A DNA stretch of 64,000 bases from a virus, in the IMG/VR virus record IMGVR_UViG_3300020438_002794, positions 1 through 64,000 of that record; one strand, given 5' to 3'. The position numbers and the translations under genes are program-made. Under the pieces are notes generated by a model. The model had not been told where the DNA came from. It did no database searches and saw only the letters and a program-made list of their open reading frames with translations. Positions 45,700-53,943 of the stretch are shown piece by piece; position 1 is the stretch's first letter, and each line of letters begins with the position of its first letter.

Positions 45700-47051
45700 T
45701 ATTCTACCAACTTTCTAACATTTTGATACAAGTCATCATCAACAATACTAAAGTTGGTATTACGCTGTCTGTCCCATACTTCTGTCATCTTCACAAAGTC
45801 TTGTAATTGTTCTTTCCAATTATCTAACTGTGGTTGTTCCAAATATCCTACGATACCATCTACACTATTCTTAATTAACCAGTTCTTCTCATATAATATA
45901 TTACACTGTTCTTTAAATTCAAGCAATCTATTTTTTGCATTCTGTCTCATTTCAACAGGAAGATTTCTCACATCTAAATACGGAGGATGTGTATTAATTA
46001 ATATGTCAACACCAATACTTTTCCATTCTATTTCTGGCTTTCCTGCATAAAATTCTTCGCCTAACTCGTGTGCAAGCCATAGTATTTCGTGTATTCGATT
46101 TATGTTGTAGATTTGTAGTACAGGACTTATATTGCTAGAAACGTTTGGTAAACTTAATATGCTTCTATAGTTTCTAAGTATAATGTCCCAACTCTTAGTG
46201 CCTCGTATAAATTCATTTACAACGCCTACACCATCTAAACTAGCATTGATGTCTACACTTTCAAATTTACCAATACTATCCAAAAACTTTTGATTAGCAT
46301 TTGTACAGTTGGTATTCATAAACACATTAATATGTTTACTATGACCTTGTTCAGCGGCATAGTTTAAAAACTGCATGTTGTTTTGAATCATAGTTGGCTC
46401 ACCACCTGTCATGTAAACTTTTCTTAGTTTAGGCATCCATTCGTATATGTCTTTCCAAAAATCATCAGCATCAAACTTTTCTCTGTATTCTTTGCTGTTG
46501 ATCCAGTCTGGACGTTTGCCGTATGTTTTCTCTTGTATTCTGGTATAGTCCTCTTCAACATCTGTGAGCTTGGCATCTTCTTTAGCAATAGTACTACTGT
46601 TAAAACTGTTGCACATTCTACAACTAAGATTACACAAGTTACCCAAACGCAGGTCCAAGTAAAGAGGATCGTGTTCTGGTAATGCAAAGTCATTATTATA
46701 GCTTGCTTCAATGCGTTCATGAATAGCTTCTTCGCCTATACGGCGTTCCCATTCCTCATTGTGCATTTGTCTGAAACTTTTTTTACCTACTTCTTCTTGC
46801 AGGTAACAGTGTTTACAACTACTAACTTGTTCTCCTTGAATCATAGTCATGCGTATATCACGCATGTCTTTATCATTCCATGCTTGCTTTAGTGTTGTAC
46901 TATTGATATCTAAAATTTTGCCATCATCGCCACGTAGTACACTGGGTTTGGCAATACAGCAAAAGTCAATACTTCCACTGGTATTCACCATCATGCTTAA
47001 CCAAGGGTAAACACAAAATGTTTCCCCGTACAATTCATCCCAGTCTGCCAT
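45699..47051 (-). CDS. radical SAM protein, type A
   Basis: CVYPW..FCC..CKHC; LDLRLGNLCNLSCRMC; TGGEPT; SLDG. Confidence 0.93.
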   Translation of the reverse strand: MADWDELYGETFCVYPWLSMMVNTSGSIDFCCIAKPSVLRGDDGKILDINSTTLKQAWNDKDMRDIRMTMIQGEQVSSCKHCYLQEEVGKKSFRQMHNEEWERRIGEEAIHERIEASYNNDFALPEHDPLYLDLRLGNLCNLSCRMCNSFNSSTIAKEDAKLTDVEEDYTRIQEKTYGKRPDWINSKEYREKFDADDFWKDIYEWMPKLRKVYMTGGEPTMIQNNMQFLNYAAEQGHSKHINVFMNTNCTNANQKFLDSIGKFESVDINASLDGVGVVNEFIRGTKSWDIILRNYRSILSLPNVSSNISPVLQIYNINRIHEILWLAHELGEEFYAGKPEIEWKSIGVDILINTHPPYLDVRNLPVEMRQNAKNRLLEFKEQCNILYEKNWLIKNSVDGIVGYLEQPQLDNWKEQLQDFVKMTEVWDRQRNTNFSIVDDDLYQNVRKLVE

Positions 47052-47053
47052 GC

Positions 47054-48031
47054 TTACTCAATACTATCATCGACTTGATCTTCTCTTACCATAGCACCTA
47101 GTCTGTGTGGATTTTTATAAACAGTTTTAAAGAATCTACTTCCGATATGATCCATATCTGTAATTTCAAAATCTAACACACTCCTAAGTTCGTCACCTAG
47201 TTCTATAGTTTTAGCTTTGAGTTTATTCCAATCCCAACTTACACCAGTATTCACGCACATTTCTTTGCCGCCTTCAAATTGAGGGAACAGTTCTTCATTA
47301 AACATTTTGCTTAACCAATCAAAGTCTCTCACATTACGCCAATCCCATTTGCGTCTTTCTATGTTAGTCATGTGACAACCTAATCTAGCACCATATATTG
47401 CCCATAAACCATTTGTAGCATCTTCACCTACTGTCATCCACACCAACAGTCTTTTATAGTTCTCGTAATGTATTCTTTTGATATCAGCAGGATCAACTAC
47501 ATCACCGCCTTCTAATCCCATTTTTACACCTTCACGGAAACCTGCTCTCCATGCCTGTAGTGGGCTACCATTATTAGCTACATCACAATAAACATTGTTC
47601 ATCTGTATATAACGTATATTCCAACAAAAGTCAACTTGTGCCGCTTTGTCACTTTCAGGAGCCGCTTCATGTGTACGCATTTTATTAACAACGTCTACGG
47701 GCCAGCACTTAATACCGCCATTTCCATATACCAATCCGTTTACTGCATTTTTTCCTGCCCAGCTAATTACATCAGTCGGAGTAACTCTATCCATGTTTAG
47801 TTCAGCATTAAAAAATTCTTCTCTTACAATATTATCTGCATCAATTGTAATAAATCTATCCGTTTCAGCTATTGCCGCGGCGGCTTTGTGTGCGGCATCA
47901 CTACCCCATACTCCGTGACTGCGTTTTGCCCACGGACATTTATCTTGTAAGTCTGCCCAATTTTGTTCTGCGTTAGGCTCGTCATAGCTGATATATATTA
48001 TATCGAACTCTGTAACTGGCGTTAGTGTCAT
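47054..48031 (-). CDS. GT-A fold glycosyltransferase-like protein
   Basis: ISYDEP, AHKAAA, TIDAD (DxD), NAVNGLVYGNGGIK, AWRAGFREG; paralog of 24555-25259. Confidence 0.65.
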   Translation of the reverse strand: MTLTPVTEFDIIYISYDEPNAEQNWADLQDKCPWAKRSHGVWGSDAAHKAAAAIAETDRFITIDADNIVREEFFNAELNMDRVTPTDVISWAGKNAVNGLVYGNGGIKCWPVDVVNKMRTHEAAPESDKAAQVDFCWNIRYIQMNNVYCDVANNGSPLQAWRAGFREGVKMGLEGGDVVDPADIKRIHYENYKRLLVWMTVGEDATNGLWAIYGARLGCHMTNIERRKWDWRNVRDFDWLSKMFNEELFPQFEGGKEMCVNTGVSWDWNKLKAKTIELGDELRSVLDFEITDMDHIGSRFFKTVYKNPHRLGAMVREDQVDDSIE

Positions 48032-48034
48032 AGT

Positions 48035-49042
48035 TTACTCCGGTTGGTTAATGTAGTCGAATGTTAAGTCAACATTACTTTCTCTGCATAAAATTCCACA
48101 TTTAGTTAAGTCTAAACCTGGGGTTGGTATTTCTAAAGTTCTATCCCATCCTATGCTATTTAATGGAAGAACAATATGATCTAGTAACTGACTTGGATTA
48201 CGTGGATCTGTTATATACAGTCCTATATCAGTATATATTTTACTGTCCTGTGGATTTTGGAAATTACTTTTAATTTGTGTGACATCGCCTTTCTTAATTA
48301 TTGTAAAGTCTGTTGCAACGTCTTGAGTTGGTTGAGTAGGTTTAGCAAATGATCTTCTCCTACTGTATCTTGTTCTATAATCTATTCCTGTGAAGTTTGC
48401 TTTTCTCTGTAGTCTATAACTTTGAAATATTTTCTTAGTCATAACACTCATTTCTCCTAGCCCACATATTCTTCGCAATGGCGCCATATCGAAAATCATA
48501 TAACCTTCTTCGATCAGTTCTCCAGGATCAATCTCAATAGTTTTTACTAGAAAGTTTGGATCATTGTCTTTAATTAAAAAAAGTGTAATCGGATCGTATA
48601 CTCCGTCTTGTTCAGGATTCAAACTTATATTTCTAAAAAAACGTTTACCTGTCATTCTATACAGTGTGTCTTGATTAAAGTTTACTTCCATTTTCCAACT
48701 GTTGATGTACAGTATAATATTGATATCAGCTTTAGTTTTTTGATTAAGTGGAACTACACTTAATCGTCTCTCAGCTTCTTTGATTCTCAAAACTGCTGAC
48801 TTCTCAACTAGTTTTAGTTCATGATTAACATCGACTACTGCAAATTTTTTAGGGTCAACATGACCCATTAGTATTTGTCTAGCGTCATCACTATCTGTTA
48901 CAATAAAAGGATTTTTTATTTGATCCTTTTCTCTATTTGTAACCGTGACTACATCACCATTTTCGTCGTCATAATAAACACACCATTTAGGTGCAGGTTT
49001 ATCGCTCTTGTAATCTCTGAGTAAGGTTGGTTCTGAAGACAT
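48035..49042 (-). CDS. hypothetical protein
   Basis: 335 aa; partial internal duplication (LFLIKDNDPNFL / LYITDPRNPSQL). Confidence 0.75.
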   Translation of the reverse strand: MSSEPTLLRDYKSDKPAPKWCVYYDDENGDVVTVTNREKDQIKNPFIVTDSDDARQILMGHVDPKKFAVVDVNHELKLVEKSAVLRIKEAERRLSVVPLNQKTKADINIILYINSWKMEVNFNQDTLYRMTGKRFFRNISLNPEQDGVYDPITLFLIKDNDPNFLVKTIEIDPGELIEEGYMIFDMAPLRRICGLGEMSVMTKKIFQSYRLQRKANFTGIDYRTRYSRRRSFAKPTQPTQDVATDFTIIKKGDVTQIKSNFQNPQDSKIYTDIGLYITDPRNPSQLLDHIVLPLNSIGWDRTLEIPTPGLDLTKCGILCRESNVDLTFDYINQPE

Positions 49043-49913
49043 CTACTATTTCATCTGTTAAAAACGTTTCATCACTATAATGAATAATTCCACTGCTGAT
49101 AACGCTATTTTCTATTTGTATTTTCTTATTATTAGTTACCCAATAGTTTAACATATCAGTCCAGTTACCCGGAGCTTCTTCTGGATTGTTAAACACACCA
49201 TGTGATAATGTATGTAAGTCATAATGATTACTAAGTTTTACACCAATGTCGTCTGTGTGATCAACAAAGTGTGTAATTACATTACCTAAAACATTTTTTT
49301 GAAAATACTCTGGTTTCTTATTTGGAAACACATGATTGTATACGTCTCTCCAGTTTTGCAATACAGGGTCAGCCATTTTAAACCATTCTGCAACTGTTTC
49401 ATCTTTTTTATCAAAATACATCAAGTTATAAAAATATTTAGGTAACTTGTATTGTATTTCGTATTCGAATCGATTAACTCTTGGAATAGGAAAGTTTCTA
49501 TAAGCAAGTGCGTCATTCGGAACACTAATGCCGTTCTTAGATGACATTACCGCCCAAAGATCATTTATATCAACATTTACAAATAGTGTATCATAATCAA
49601 CATATATTGTTTCTTCGTAAGGAGTTGCGTGATAAACTTGCCATAAGTTCATGCCATGAAATCCGTCTTTGTGAGCACTGTTTCCGTATGGTAATTCTAT
49701 CATATAGTCAAAAGCATGTTCATAAAAACTTTGAACATTACCTAATTGACCTTTATCTACAATCAGTGTAATACTTGCATCTGGGTCGCATACTTTTATA
49801 CTACATGCAAGTGCATAACAATATCGAATATTGTCTTCGCCTGTATTAATACCTAAGGTTACAAAACCTCTATTAGGTGCATCATTGTTTTCAATTTCAA
49901 TTTCTTCAGACAC
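48999..49913 (-). CDS. GT-A glycosyltransferase-like protein (GT8 / mannosyltransferase-like)
   Basis: ALACSIK, TLIVD, TPYEETIYVDYD (DxD), LMYFDK, IHY. Confidence 0.7.
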   Translation of the reverse strand: MSEEIEIENNDAPNRGFVTLGINTGEDNIRYCYALACSIKVCDPDASITLIVDKGQLGNVQSFYEHAFDYMIELPYGNSAHKDGFHGMNLWQVYHATPYEETIYVDYDTLFVNVDINDLWAVMSSKNGISVPNDALAYRNFPIPRVNRFEYEIQYKLPKYFYNLMYFDKKDETVAEWFKMADPVLQNWRDVYNHVFPNKKPEYFQKNVLGNVITHFVDHTDDIGVKLSNHYDLHTLSHGVFNNPEEAPGNWTDMLNYWVTNNKKIQIENSVISSGIIHYSDETFLTDEIVDVFRTNLTQRLQER

Positions 49914-50817
49914 TGGTTTCTTCTTTCGCTAAATTTAACAAAGTTTGATAGTGCCTATCTAATGCACGTTTGTTCATAATATGTAAGTTTTGATCTGTAT
50001 GTCTACACAATATATTTTTCCATTGCTCTGCTCTATTGTGTTTTAAAAACACAACATCATTCAATCCATTTACTTGTGCAATATCATCTTTTTGATCCAT
50101 GTTTAGCAACGGCTGTCCCATAAAATCATGTATAAAGTCATCATTGTTCATACCATTCATTAGGTGTGTTGCAATGCTAACACAAAAGTCTGTTCTAAAT
50201 AACATTTTAGGAAATTGGTAAAGCAGGCTATAATATTCCCAATTCTCTTTTACATGAGCCCATATATCAAAAAATAACTTGCTTTCTTCACTTTGATCAA
50301 AATAAACTATTGTACTCCACCAATGATGTATTCCTGCTTCATTCAAAGTAATTTCGTTTGTGTAAGGCATTTCTCCACCCACATACTGTGCGTATCTATG
50401 CATTGCAATAGGTAAATCAGTTTCAAAAATATAATTGTAAAAGTCGTTCATTAACAAATAGTCAGTGTCTAGTAACAGTGTACGCTCGTAAGGCGTATGA
50501 TTGAAAACTGTGTGTTTGTTACTATTCCAAAAAGGTGCATTAAATTCACTCCACGGACTATCCATGTGCCTTCTTATATTAGTTCTCTTTTCTGTTACAC
50601 TACCGTCGATAACAACGTTATCAAATGAATCATTGACTAAACCTTTATCATGGCTTTGATTCATCCATTCCATTGTGCCTTCGTCAGTAATAAGTGTAAC
50701 AGGCATGTTTAGTTGCTTTTTTGCATAATGCGATGCTAGTATAGCAAACTTAGCATAATCTAGTTCTTCATTGTTATAGCAAAATAAACAAATGCCATTT
50801 CCTTGTTTTTCTGACAT
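49906..50817 (-). CDS. GT-A glycosyltransferase-like protein, paralog of 48999-49913
   Basis: TLITD, TPYERTLLLDTD (DxD), WSTIVYF, FRTDF, LHIMNK. Confidence 0.7.
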   Translation of the reverse strand: MSEKQGNGICLFCYNNEELDYAKFAILASHYAKKQLNMPVTLITDEGTMEWMNQSHDKGLVNDSFDNVVIDGSVTEKRTNIRRHMDSPWSEFNAPFWNSNKHTVFNHTPYERTLLLDTDYLLMNDFYNYIFETDLPIAMHRYAQYVGGEMPYTNEITLNEAGIHHWWSTIVYFDQSEESKLFFDIWAHVKENWEYYSLLYQFPKMLFRTDFCVSIATHLMNGMNNDDFIHDFMGQPLLNMDQKDDIAQVNGLNDVVFLKHNRAEQWKNILCRHTDQNLHIMNKRALDRHYQTLLNLAKEETSV

Positions 50818-50820
50818 TCA

Positions 50821-51168
50821 CTACCAATCCATTAAACTTTTAATATTTCGAGCTTTCTTAATTTTTTCTGCTTGTACTTTGTAGGCATTACTTGCCTCGG
50901 TATACGCACTTACCATTGTTTCTAAAAATTCACTAAGATTATCTATTAATATTGGATTCTCTTTGGTGTCTATTAGAATAGCTTCTTTCCTGTCCATATC
51001 AAGTAAAGTCTTTACGAAGCTAATGGTAACTGCATCAGCGAAAAATACGCCCTTTGCATAATGCACGGTTTGCAAAACTTGAGTTCGTTGTTTTAGAGTG
51101 CGTTTTTGATTACCTAATGTAATTCGATAATTTGCAAACTCTAACGCTTTTTCGAGTCTCTCGTCCAT
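50821..51168 (-). CDS. hypothetical protein, first gene of the enzyme island
   Basis: 115 aa, AAGGAG SD, promoter upstream. Confidence 0.8.
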   Translation of the reverse strand: MDERLEKALEFANYRITLGNQKRTLKQRTQVLQTVHYAKGVFFADAVTISFVKTLLDMDRKEAILIDTKENPILIDNLSEFLETMVSAYTEASNAYKVQAEKIKKARNIKSLMDW

Positions 51169-51195
51169 ACTGAGTTTCTCCTTTAGTTATATACT

Positions 51196-51225
51196 ACTAT
51201 AACTTATTTATGTGAGTTTTGTCAA
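51196..51225 (-). promoter_or_regulatory. composite promoter: sigma70-like plus late TAAATA
   Basis: Minus strand TTGACA (51225-51220), 18 nt, TATAGT; the spacer contains ATAAATA. Confidence 0.6.
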
Positions 51226-51232
51226 CAGTTTT

Positions 51233-52390
51233 TTAGTAATCATCTATACTTGTGAAATCATTTACAATAGCAAATGTCGGAGCAGGTGTTACATCAAAAC
51301 TAGTTGTGCCAATGGTAAGTGTATCAGGCATCAAATAACTTACAGTAGGTGTTATTGTACCGTCAACAAAGTTGTTGTGTGTAGTGTCATCTAGTACCAT
51401 TTTAAATTGAACACCAGCTCCGTTATTAATATACTTTCCGTATATTTTAAATTTTAACTGTTGATAGGTGCTATAAGCACTGTATGCACTAACATATATT
51501 GTGCTACTGTATGATCCGCCGATAATTGCAGGATCTGCCCAACCAGGATAGTTTCCAGGTCCAGTAATATATCCGTAGCCATATCCATAAGATCCATATC
51601 CATATGTACCAACTTTTCTACCTAGTGTAACGCCACTAGATGTAAACAATAGTCCTTCGTTAGTGTTTGTGTCTGATCCATCACCGTAATTTGCAGTGAG
51701 ATCATAAAAGCCTTTGCCTTCACTAGTTCCACTTGTTGTTGCGGCACTTTGCGTCATAGTGTCCCAATTAAAGTTTAGTACACCCATTTCGTTAATGACA
51801 TCACTCCAGTTGTAGTAACCAGCAGTCGAACCGCTTGTCATGTTTAGTGCTACTCGTAATTGCCCACCGCCATTGAAAAAATACCTAGCTGAGTTATAAT
51901 CAGCCCATTCAAATTTATGTTCACCATTCAGCTGATTATTCCAAGTTGTTGTTCTTTCATATCCTGTAGAAGTGGCGTTAAAAGCACTTGCATTGGTCGC
52001 ATCTATTGTTAAATGTTTGTTGTTTAGTATAACAGTGTTAAACTTTGTTCTAACTAAGTTTAAATCTTCAGCTCTAATAGCTGTACCTGCAGAAATAGTA
52101 GTTCTATTAGCTGGTATTGCAAAAACTAAAACGTTGTCTGTCAGATCTGTGTGATTAATACTAATATTTGTTCTAGATACTAGTTCTTGTAGTCTTTCTG
52201 CTGTAATAAGAGTACCGTCAACTAGTGCATCAGCTATATTAACTGCACCCCAGCCAAATTTATGTGTTGCTATTCTATTAGCATCAGTAACAGCCGCAGT
52301 CGGATACTTGTCGCCAAAAACTTTGTTTACATCAACGGCTACAAGATTGTATTCTTCGTTTGTTACTAAATCACCAACAGCACCAACCAT
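51233..52390 (-). CDS. virion structural protein (tail/baseplate-associated) with Tyr/Gly-rich segment
   Basis: Thr/Ser/Gly/Asn-rich beta-type sequence, ARYFFNGGGQLR, GFYDLT; lies in the structural block; contains TYGYGSYGYGYGY. Confidence 0.65.
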   Translation of the reverse strand: MVGAVGDLVTNEEYNLVAVDVNKVFGDKYPTAAVTDANRIATHKFGWGAVNIADALVDGTLITAERLQELVSRTNISINHTDLTDNVLVFAIPANRTTISAGTAIRAEDLNLVRTKFNTVILNNKHLTIDATNASAFNATSTGYERTTTWNNQLNGEHKFEWADYNSARYFFNGGGQLRVALNMTSGSTAGYYNWSDVINEMGVLNFNWDTMTQSAATTSGTSEGKGFYDLTANYGDGSDTNTNEGLLFTSSGVTLGRKVGTYGYGSYGYGYGYITGPGNYPGWADPAIIGGSYSSTIYVSAYSAYSTYQQLKFKIYGKYINNGAGVQFKMVLDDTTHNNFVDGTITPTVSYLMPDTLTIGTTSFDVTPAPTFAIVNDFTSIDDY

Positions 52391-52391
52391 C

Positions 52392-53303
52392 TTACTTCGA
52401 TCCTACTACTACTTCTATTGTACCTACTTCTTCGGTAGCTTTTTCTTCTAAGGATCTACCTACTACTTCTTTCCAACTGTAGTCGTCTGGTGCAACCATT
52501 CCAACTCCGTCTGTGCCACTAGATACTACTCTATCGCCTTTACCAATTTTTCCAATAATTTTACATGGAACTCTACCTGATAGTGCTACAAATGGATGTG
52601 TAGCGTCTGTACCTGCGGAAGCATTCATTTCAAAGCCTGGTGCTGTACTAATAATTCCAAAAACTTTGATATCGCTTGCTTCTGTTGTTTGTGTAATTTC
52701 TTTTGTGCCGCCAATTTTTACTATTGTTCCAGCCTCATATTCTGCATCTGCTTCATAACGCTCTGCAAGGTCAGCATATTCTGCACTTGTAGCAATACCT
52801 CTAAATTTATAATGTGTTGTATTGTTCATTGTTACACCGGATTGAATAGTGGGAAACTGTGTACTGAGTGCAGTAGTACCATCTTCTAGTTTTTCATCTA
52901 TATGAGGTGTCCAAGCTGTTGTATCATCGCATGTGATTGTTACAATATTGCTATCAACAATCATTTCTATTGTTTTATGGAAATTTCCGCCAGTGTCTTT
53001 TCTGTTGCGGAATTCAATTTTTGTTGTACCTGCGCCACTTAACAATACACTCCAAACACCATTGTCGTAAACTTTCATTTGACTATTAGCTGTATCGTAC
53101 CAAAGTTGACCTTCAGTTGGATTGCTTGGAGCAGTTCCATTGGCAAAATGTTCTAATAGGTGCAACATATTTTCGTTTAATGTTTCTCCAAAGCGTGTGT
53201 AGTTTTTACCAATCAATCCAATACTAGTACTGGTATCAATTGTTCCGTCGTTTACAACTATTGCTGTTTTACTACTTTGACTATAATCTATTGTATATGG
53301 CAT
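52392..53303 (-). CDS. tail fibre/baseplate protein with C-terminal autoproteolytic chaperone-like domain
   Basis: LIGKNY..FGE.LNEN..HLLEHFA..PSNPTEGQLWYD; ADLAERY..VALSGRVPCK..KGDRVVSS. Confidence 0.75.
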   Translation of the reverse strand: MPYTIDYSQSSKTAIVVNDGTIDTSTSIGLIGKNYTRFGETLNENMLHLLEHFANGTAPSNPTEGQLWYDTANSQMKVYDNGVWSVLLSGAGTTKIEFRNRKDTGGNFHKTIEMIVDSNIVTITCDDTTAWTPHIDEKLEDGTTALSTQFPTIQSGVTMNNTTHYKFRGIATSAEYADLAERYEADAEYEAGTIVKIGGTKEITQTTEASDIKVFGIISTAPGFEMNASAGTDATHPFVALSGRVPCKIIGKIGKGDRVVSSGTDGVGMVAPDDYSWKEVVGRSLEEKATEEVGTIEVVVGSK

Positions 53304-53313
53304 ATCTTATTCC

Positions 53314-53928
53314 TTACAAGTCTGCAAAACTTGATCTAATTCTTAATGTATAAATTACCTGTATCTTTCTATTTGCACTTTTTTGTACAGGATGAAATAC
53401 TACATGAGTTAACAAATCGTTGTTACCACTGTAAATTCCAAGTTCGTCAAAAACGTAATCACCGTTCATACTTGTAGCTGTATCTGTTGAATCTTGTCCA
53501 GTTACGCTACCATAATCTAATGTGCATGTTGTAACTACATCACTGAAAGTGTTAGGCGCTGTGTGAGCGATCTCTGTGCCATTTGTAGCACTTCCGCTTA
53601 CAGATTCGTCAACTGCTTGACTAAATGTTTGATTGTATAAAACACCGCTAGCAGTATTAGTATTGGTTGCTTTATATGTTACTGTTCCTAATCCGTCAAT
53701 GGTTGTACCGCCATTGCCAAATCGCATTGTAGCGATGTGATGTGTTCCGGAGTTACCCGCTTCGTTTGCAAGCAAACTAGCAATAGCAATACTCATATTT
53801 TCATAATTAATTGCATTTCTTCTGCGTACTAATACTTCGCCAGATTCGGGATCCCATATTTTAATATGTCCCTCGATTCCTATTAGTGATGTATCATTTA
53901 AATTATCTAGACTCATTGTTCTTTCCAT
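53314..53928 (-). CDS. virion structural protein (baseplate-associated)
   Basis: GHIKIWDP, NAINYEN, FGNGG, TLDYG, FDELG, THVVFHPVQKSANR; lies between tail genes. Confidence 0.65.
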   Translation of the reverse strand: MERTMSLDNLNDTSLIGIEGHIKIWDPESGEVLVRRRNAINYENMSIAIASLLANEAGNSGTHHIATMRFGNGGTTIDGLGTVTYKATNTNTASGVLYNQTFSQAVDESVSGSATNGTEIAHTAPNTFSDVVTTCTLDYGSVTGQDSTDTATSMNGDYVFDELGIYSGNNDLLTHVVFHPVQKSANRKIQVIYTLRIRSSFADL

Positions 53929-53943
53929 TATAATGTATTTATA
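53929..53943 (-). promoter_or_regulatory. T4 late promoter consensus TATAAATA
   Basis: Minus strand TATAAATA (53943-53936), then CATTATA-ATG(53928). Confidence 0.65.

Noticed and set aside
12679-47051. Radical SAM genes as anaerobic sulfatase maturases, or MoaA/PqqE/NirJ cofactor enzymes
   Set aside because: No sulfatase, molybdopterin, PQQ or heme d1 genes recognised in the window; domain order differs; such labels would be generic best hits
7818-51168. Conventional bacterial RiPP or antibiotic gene cluster
   Set aside because: No exporter, leader peptidase, RRE, regulator, PKS or NRPS recognised; context, promoters and flanking genes are phage-like
4983-51168. DNA hypermodification locus
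   Set aside because: ThyX looks canonical, and no dNMP hydroxymethylase, TET/JBP, DNA glucosyltransferase or dpd/que genes were recognised; linkage is to tail genes. Disfavoured rather than excluded, since such genes could lie outside the window
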